A stretch of 32,000 nt of DNA, from NCBI RefSeq assembly GCF_004376175.1, contig NZ_SNUY01000015.1, positions 401-32,400 on the forward strand, written 5' to 3'. The notes beneath the pieces were generated by a model. That model worked only from the letters and a program-made list of their open reading frames with translations. It did no database searches and was not told where the DNA came from. Shown piece after piece: positions 26,503-32,000 of the stretch (its first letter is position 1; every line of letters begins with the position of its first letter). A program made the position numbers and the translations under genes. The stretch is from Halalkalibacterium halodurans (GTDB lineage: Bacteria; Bacillota; Bacilli; Bacillales; Bacillaceae_D).

Positions 26503-28302
26503 TTAGGAAAATAGATGTTTGAGCCGTTGCCAAAAACCTGGTTTCTCTTCTTCCTCTTCTACCGTTGTTTCTCCTTCTTCCACTTCAATCGGCTCGGTTT
26601 TAAGAATGAACTGAACCGAGTGAATGTTTTCGTTTTTTGCTGAAACAAAGGACACGGCTTCAAAATCAGATTTATCATAGTCGTCGATCATAGCATCGAT
26701 CTCTTCTTGCATTTGCTCTGGTAAATCGTTCGTCTCATTCGTTAATTCTTTCGTTCCTTTGTGAAGCTCGTCAACACCCGTTTCTAAATGAGACGTCCCT
26801 TCGGCAATGCCATCAAGACCGGAATGAATCTCGCTGTAGGAATCTGCGAGTTGGGAAATTCCGTCCGTATACGAAATGAGCCCTCCATGAAACTCCCCGT
26901 AATTCGCGGCAAGTTGTGCCACTCCCTCTTGTAGTTCACTCAAGGAATCAAGTCCCTCCATCGTTTCTAACGAGGCTGAGAGCTCACTCGCAAGCGATGC
27001 CAAGTGGTTGCTCATGTCATGAACAGAGCTGCTTGTTTGTTCAAGGGTTGCTTCTACAGCCGCAAAGGCTTCTTTTACTGCATCGTATGTTCCTTTTGCC
27101 GTCTGGGCAGCTACATAAACTTCAAGCAATTGATCGACCGTTTGCCGGTTGGCATCACTCTTATATAATTGCTGAACCTCGGTTTCTGTTATCTGATGGT
27201 TAGGGATTTCATCCATAGCCTCGTCCAAAGCAGCGTACGCTTTCGCATAATTGACTTTTAATTGACTTAATCCATCGGCAACCTCACGAAGACCGTCGGC
27301 TAATTGCGATAAGCCTTCTGGCAATTGAGCTAGCTCACTAAGGTCCATCTCTGCGGATGAACCGCTAAGAGCCTTCTCTAGAGCGATAAGAGATTCTTCA
27401 ATCGTTTCCGACGCTTGAATTAATTCAGAAGAAGAATGCTTTACTTCGCTCATCCCCGCTTCGTATTTACTAGAGCCCTCACGCAGGCGATGAACGCCTT
27501 GATTTAAATCAGAGACTCCTTTATTTAATTCTGAAACACCATCGTTCATTTCTGCAATCGCATCGCTTAATGTCCGCATGTCCTTCGTCATCTCATCTAT
27601 TTCTGGTGCATCAATAGCCATTGACAATGGAATAGCGGAAATGTCTATGCCCTCCATTTCAAAATCAACTACATCTGCTAGGAGACTAAATTCCCCGTCA
27701 CTCTCAGGCATAACATTAAACGCGATTTGTCTTTTTCTCCCTACGTTTATAATCGTCGCATCGGGGGCTTGAATATGGCTAGCAACCTCCGTATCTAACG
27801 TCATCATGATTTGCAATACATAGTTTTCATAGAATACTGGGTCGACCGTCTCATTGGCTGATGTTTTGATCGTGAGAAGTAACCGTCCATCCTTTCCTGC
27901 TAATGACTCTGGAGCGACTTTTTTCCCATCTAACCGATAAGAGATATCAATATCCCATGGTAGTTTTTGATCCTTCATATTTCCTTGGTAATAAAACGTA
28001 CCTGATGAAACGTGTAATTCTACCTTATCCTCTGACTGCTCAATATCAGAGAGGTCTGTAAGATTTTTAACCGTTGTATATGGACCATAATCTATGATAG
28101 AGCCAGGTGTTGTCACCTCTAATATGTTCACTACATATATTTCGTTCAACGTTCCAGCAGCCTTTAAGCTGGCGTATACGACCTCATCCTTCGTCGTGAT
28201 GTTCCCCTCATTTGTAGCATGATTCGTTGCCGCTAACCCTCTATTCGCAGGCATAACAAGCAGCACCGTGATTAAAACGAGAAGTATTCTCTTTGTCTTC
28301 AT
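26503..28302 (-). CDS. Secreted protein with an N-terminal beta-rich domain and a long YhgE/Pip-like heptad (xxxLxxG) coiled-coil region
   Basis: There is a signal peptide (MKTKRILLVLITVLLVMPANRGLAA). Repeats of the type DGVSELNKGVSDLNQGVHRLREG, PEGLSQLADGLREVADGLSQL and TDGISQLADSYSEIHSGLDGIAEGTSHLETGVDELHKG follow, and the tail is acidic (EEEEEK). ATG 28302 overlaps the MMPL stop (ATGA). Confidence 0.7.
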   Translation of the reverse strand: MKTKRILLVLITVLLVMPANRGLAATNHATNEGNITTKDEVVYASLKAAGTLNEIYVVNILEVTTPGSIIDYGPYTTVKNLTDLSDIEQSEDKVELHVSSGTFYYQGNMKDQKLPWDIDISYRLDGKKVAPESLAGKDGRLLLTIKTSANETVDPVFYENYVLQIMMTLDTEVASHIQAPDATIINVGRKRQIAFNVMPESDGEFSLLADVVDFEMEGIDISAIPLSMAIDAPEIDEMTKDMRTLSDAIAEMNDGVSELNKGVSDLNQGVHRLREGSSKYEAGMSEVKHSSSELIQASETIEESLIALEKALSGSSAEMDLSELAQLPEGLSQLADGLREVADGLSQLKVNYAKAYAALDEAMDEIPNHQITETEVQQLYKSDANRQTVDQLLEVYVAAQTAKGTYDAVKEAFAAVEATLEQTSSSVHDMSNHLASLASELSASLETMEGLDSLSELQEGVAQLAANYGEFHGGLISYTDGISQLADSYSEIHSGLDGIAEGTSHLETGVDELHKGTKELTNETNDLPEQMQEEIDAMIDDYDKSDFEAVSFVSAKNENIHSVQFILKTEPIEVEEGETTVEEEEEKPGFWQRLKHLFS

Positions 28303-30362
28303 GAATGATCCTCCCGATAAAAATTTGCTTTCCATGTCGTTTTACGTATCGCCTTATCAAACACAAGTAGCATCGCAGGTAAGAAAAAGATTACTAGAAT
28401 AAAAGCAAGTAAAGCCCCTCGGCCAAGCAACAATCCGATCGATGAGACAACAGGGTTTGAAGACGTGAGCCATAAGATAAAACCAACACTTGATAAAATA
28501 GCGGCTGAGATCGAGATTGAAAATGTTTTTTCGGTTAACGTCTTTGTGATCGCTTGTCGTCTCGGCATTTTTCTTCGATTGACGAGATAGCCTTCCGTGT
28601 AGAGAATCGCATAATCAACTGTTGCCGCGAGCTGTACGGTACCGACAATTAAATAGCCTAAGTAAACTAAAGGCGCATCTGTAAAATAAGGCACCGCCAA
28701 GTTTAGCCATACAGCTGATTGAATCGTTAGCAATAAAATGACCGGAATCGAAATCGAGCGGAACGTCAACAGCAAGACGATCGCTATGGCCACAACCGTC
28801 AACAGATTCACAACCCTATTGTCTTTCATAATTGTTGTTTTCATATCATACAAGGAGACACTTTCACCTAGTGACAGGGCGTCATCCCCATAATACGACG
28901 CGGCTATTTCCTGCACCATTTCAACGACTGAGAAAGCCACCTCCCCTTCTACATCGGTTTCCGTATAAAGGATGATCTGACTGTAATGTTCAGAATAGAA
29001 CTGCTCGGTGACCGATTCATCAATATACTCGGATGGAATCGTAGCACTGACTGATTGGTTATAGGAAATTACATTTGTGATGTAGTCTACTTTTTCTAAT
29101 TCTTGCTCCATCTCCACTTCTCTGGCCACATCCCCTTTTGGAACGAGAAGGACGATCGGGGTTGATTTCCCGAATACCTCTTCAATCGTCGCCGTATCAC
29201 TACCTGCACGACTGGACTCCGGTAGTTCCCCGATTCCATAAATAAACGACGTTTGGCCTTGTGCTAGATAGCTAGGAACAATGAGAAGAAAAACAACAGC
29301 TAAACTGATAAATCGTATCTTCATGACCTCGTTCCCAATTGACTGAAAGCGAGGAAAGAACGGTCTATGCTGCGTTTTATCAATCCATTTATAAAAACAT
29401 ATAGTTAAGGCTGGTAAAAATACCATGACACTAATGAAGCTCAATACAATGCCTTTGACGAGATTTAACCCTAAATCTGCCCCGATTTCAAACTGCATAA
29501 ACGTCAGAGCTGTAAAGCCGAAGAACGTTGTGGCAGCACTGGCTGCGATCGCTGGAAACGATTTTCTAACGGCTATTTGCATCGCCTCTTCCGGATCTTC
29601 TGTCTGTTTCCGATAATCTGAAAACCGATGAAGGAGGAAGATGGCGTAGTCGAGGGAAACAGCTAATTGCAAAATCGGACTAACCGATTGAGTGACGAAG
29701 GACACTTCCCCAATAAAGATGTTCGTTCCTAAATTGATAAGCACAGATACACCGATCGCTGTAAGGAAAAACAATGGCTCGATCCACGACGTTGTGGAAA
29801 TGATGAGAATGATTACAATGATCGGGATTAGCAACGATGCGGCGTATATTGTTTCTTTTCCAGTCATTTGCTGCGAGACTGCCGTATTGACAGCTTCCCC
29901 TGACAAGGCATTGTCCTCACCGATTAACTCATAAATAGCATCCGTTACCGCCACTTCATCCCCTTCACGAATCGTTAACGAAAACAGTGCGCTTTCATCT
30001 TTGTAGTACGATTTGACGAGATCTTTATCCGCCATCTCGAGGGGCGTCTCCAAATCGATAACTTCATCGAGCCATATAACATCTGACACGCCATCGATCT
30101 CTTCTAGCTCTTTTTTATACAAAAGCGCTTCTTGCACGGTCACATCACGTATCATGACCCTAGCGTTAGAGACCGTACGATCAAACTCCTCTTCCAAGAC
30201 CTCAATGGCTTTCGTTGATTGTGCTTCGTCTGGTAAGTAGTCGATCATATTGTAGTTAACCGAAACAAAAAACAGTGCAATGGCACTAATGAACGTTAAA
30301 ATGGCAAACGAAAGGACGATCGTTTTTCTTTTTTTTATGATGAACGCTGCGATGTCTGTCAT
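28299..30362 (-). CDS. MMPL-family (RND superfamily) membrane transporter
   Basis: MTDIAAFIIKKRKTIVLSFAILTFISAIALFFVSVNYNMIDYLPDEAQS is a typical MMPL N-terminus. Two 6-TM bundles each follow an extracytoplasmic domain. The start is placed at ATG 30362. The track extension to 30479 reads through a hairpin. Confidence 0.85.
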   Translation of the reverse strand: MTDIAAFIIKKRKTIVLSFAILTFISAIALFFVSVNYNMIDYLPDEAQSTKAIEVLEEEFDRTVSNARVMIRDVTVQEALLYKKELEEIDGVSDVIWLDEVIDLETPLEMADKDLVKSYYKDESALFSLTIREGDEVAVTDAIYELIGEDNALSGEAVNTAVSQQMTGKETIYAASLLIPIIVIILIISTTSWIEPLFFLTAIGVSVLINLGTNIFIGEVSFVTQSVSPILQLAVSLDYAIFLLHRFSDYRKQTEDPEEAMQIAVRKSFPAIAASAATTFFGFTALTFMQFEIGADLGLNLVKGIVLSFISVMVFLPALTICFYKWIDKTQHRPFFPRFQSIGNEVMKIRFISLAVVFLLIVPSYLAQGQTSFIYGIGELPESSRAGSDTATIEEVFGKSTPIVLLVPKGDVAREVEMEQELEKVDYITNVISYNQSVSATIPSEYIDESVTEQFYSEHYSQIILYTETDVEGEVAFSVVEMVQEIAASYYGDDALSLGESVSLYDMKTTIMKDNRVVNLLTVVAIAIVLLLTFRSISIPVILLLTIQSAVWLNLAVPYFTDAPLVYLGYLIVGTVQLAATVDYAILYTEGYLVNRRKMPRRQAITKTLTEKTFSISISAAILSSVGFILWLTSSNPVVSSIGLLLGRGALLAFILVIFFLPAMLLVFDKAIRKTTWKANFYREDHS

Positions 30363-30398
30363 CTTTGTATGAGTAAAATTATTGTGGGCAAAATTTAA

Positions 30399-30446
30399 CC
30401 CCCTCATTTGTTGAGGGAACGTTAGAACGCTCAACAAATGAGGGGG
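30399..30446. repeat. Perfect 17-bp inverted repeat (hairpin) in the MMPL upstream region
   Basis: CCCCCTCATTTGTTGAG-N14-CTCAACAAATGAGGGGG. On the minus strand it is followed by TTAAATTTTG. Confidence 0.9.
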
Positions 30447-30493
30447 CCACCAAGCGAAAGCGCGGTAGTTAATAAGCAAATAACATGAAAAAG

Positions 30494-31934
30494 AGGGTTA
30501 CTCCTTGGTAGAATCTTAGTCAACCAAAACTAAATCACAAACAAAGGAGTAACCCCTCATGCAAAAGAATAACACAGTATATCCAAATTTAAAACAGATT
30601 GAGCAATTAGTTTGGAGGCAATTACAGGAAACCTTCTCAAAGGTCATGAAAACACTATTAGAGGACATGGACAAGCAGATTGCAGAAGAACGAGATAAAA
30701 AACGCTATCGACTCATTGATAAAAGAAAATATCATATAACTAGTCTCTTCGGAGAGATTGAATTAAATCGTAATTATTACCGTGACCGGGAGACAGGGGA
30801 ATATGTTTTTCTCCTTGATCGTTATTTAGAGTTTGAGGATGCAGGTTCTTTTAGCCCATTGATTGAGGAGGTAGCTATTGAATTAGCTGTTCAGGGACCT
30901 TCCTATCGAAAAGCAGCCAGTACGTTAGAAACCCTTTTAGGCTATCGGGTTATTAGTCATGAGGCAATCCGTCAACACTTATTACAAGTTTCGAGTATTC
31001 CAAAAAAGCGTGAGCATGTACATCAACCTGTATTATTTGTAGAGGTCGATGGTTTGTTTGTAAAACGTCAAGGTAAACGAAAAAAGGGAAAAGAAGAGAA
31101 AATAGCCGCAGTTCATCAAGGCTGGGAAGTCAATGGGAAACGAGTAAGACTGAAGAATAAACGCCATTTCGTACATGAAGGGAACCAGCCATTTTGGGAG
31201 GCGTTTGAGGACTTTCTCATCGAAAACTTTGAGTATGATCCAACCATTCATAAGTTGGTAATAAATGGAGATGGTGCAAATTGGATTACAACTTGTCGTG
31301 ACTATTTCAAAGATCGTGCATTCTTTTCGCTTGATCGTTTCCATGTGGCACGGGAGATTCGAAGTTTGTTCCGTCATCACCCACGTTATCGTCCAATTCG
31401 TAAGGCGCTTGCATCATATGATTATGAGAAATTGCTTACAGAGCTTAACAGTGCAGTCGGAACGCTAGAGGATGATGAGCAAGAGGAACGTCTAGAAGCA
31501 TTTATTCGCCAATTAGAGAAATATCCAGAAGCCTTGGGAGATTATCGTAACTGGCTTAAAGAACAGGGTATAGATACAACAGGAATGCGTCCGATGGGTA
31601 GTGCAGAAGGAACCATGAGTGTATTTGCCAAAAGACTTAAAAATGGCCGTAGTTGGGTGGATAAAGGTGTAAGTGCCATGTTCACTGGTTTGGTAGCTTA
31701 CTTGGATAAATTGACCTTAAAAACACTATTTGGCAGGATCGAAAAATGGACTGAAACACAGGTGGAAAAGAACCCACCAAGATACTATAAAGAAAAAGTT
31801 ACGAGCACAATTGGTGAAGCCACTAGAGACAATGTTCTATATCTAAAAGGAAAAGCTAACATACCAGTTTACAAAGCATTAAAAGAGTTGTCTGGCTTTT
31901 AAAAAAGGCAAAATTCTTACCAAGAGAGTATCCT
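30494..31934 (+). mobile_element. ISLre2-family insertion sequence (ends approximate)
   Basis: A single transposase ORF is flanked by imperfect terminal inverted repeats. The left repeat is AGGGTTACTCCTTGGTAGAAT (30494-30514). The right is ATTCTTACCAAGAGAGTATCCT (31913-31934), whose reverse complement is AGGATACTCTCTTGGTAAGAAT. About 19 positions match, with small indels. Confidence 0.7.
30559..31902 (+). CDS. ISLre2-family (UPF0236) transposase
   Basis: ERDKKRYRLIDKRKYHITSLFGEIELNRNYYRDRETGEYVFLLDRYLEF and ...INGDGANWI...LDRFHVAREI are characteristic of ISLre2/UPF0236 transposases. The SD AAAGGAG is present. Confidence 0.85.
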   Translation: MQKNNTVYPNLKQIEQLVWRQLQETFSKVMKTLLEDMDKQIAEERDKKRYRLIDKRKYHITSLFGEIELNRNYYRDRETGEYVFLLDRYLEFEDAGSFSPLIEEVAIELAVQGPSYRKAASTLETLLGYRVISHEAIRQHLLQVSSIPKKREHVHQPVLFVEVDGLFVKRQGKRKKGKEEKIAAVHQGWEVNGKRVRLKNKRHFVHEGNQPFWEAFEDFLIENFEYDPTIHKLVINGDGANWITTCRDYFKDRAFFSLDRFHVAREIRSLFRHHPRYRPIRKALASYDYEKLLTELNSAVGTLEDDEQEERLEAFIRQLEKYPEALGDYRNWLKEQGIDTTGMRPMGSAEGTMSVFAKRLKNGRSWVDKGVSAMFTGLVAYLDKLTLKTLFGRIEKWTETQVEKNPPRYYKEKVTSTIGEATRDNVLYLKGKANIPVYKALKELSGF

Positions 31935-32000
31935 AAGAGTTTGAATCCGCTTTCAAATTTAAGGTGTTAAAAAAACTGCCTATAAATACTTGACTCAAAC

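Noticed and set aside
30495-30525. Outward-facing promoter from the IS left end toward the MMPL operon (TTGACT at 30523->30518 on the minus strand)
   Set aside because: The sequence 17-18 nt downstream (TAACCC) is a poor -10 and still lies inside the element. There is no credible hybrid promoter.
31934-31940. Target-site duplication for the IS (AAGAG at 30491-30495 and 31935-31939)
   Set aside because: It is only 3-5 nt, its register relative to the imperfect terminal repeats is ambiguous, and I cannot define the exact ends without other copies.

Overview
This is a Bacillaceae-type chromosomal window (GGAGG-type ribosome-binding sites, cre boxes, a BirA operator, a LicT-type antiterminator, a purine riboswitch). 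Most genes are on the minus strand.

Gene content, left to right:
- An N-glycan/high-mannose scavenging locus: a possible GH125 start, a frameshifted GH38 alpha-mannosidase, a YesL-like membrane protein, a ROK kinase, and a secreted GH85 endo-beta-N-acetylglucosaminidase with PKD and discoidin modules. Two cre boxes sit upstream.
- A small ORF of uncertain status.
- A HisKA_3 sensor kinase with no response regulator.
- A bioD-bioA pair behind a perfect BirA operator.
- A licT-like antiterminator and a SorC-family regulator.
- A dihydrolipoyl dehydrogenase (E3) next to a 5'-truncated E2 acyltransferase, which abuts a 5'-truncated BceB/FtsX-type permease fragment.
- A riboswitch-led operon: COG0402 amidohydrolase, an eroded xdhC remnant, and a MocA/PucB-like nucleotidyltransferase.
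- A CitMHS transporter and a P1B-4 (SPC/HEGST) metal ATPase.
- A 3'-truncated S66 peptidase, an EamA transporter, an AraC regulator, a membrane bPH-like protein and a small membrane protein.
- A translationally coupled pair: an MMPL transporter and a secreted heptad-repeat protein.
- An ISLre2-family insertion sequence.

I did not recognise any CRISPR array, tRNA/rRNA gene, prophage or defence island, and I cannot point to a clearly novel multi-gene system.

The most interesting signals are:
1. A purine riboswitch with a guanine-type discriminator C but a pbuE-like ON expression platform.
2. An unusually high density of gene-decay scars.
3. The uncharacterised MMPL plus secreted coiled-coil pair, with an IS inserted just upstream of a 17-bp perfect hairpin.

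All calls come from reading the sequence and from motif memory. No database search was run.
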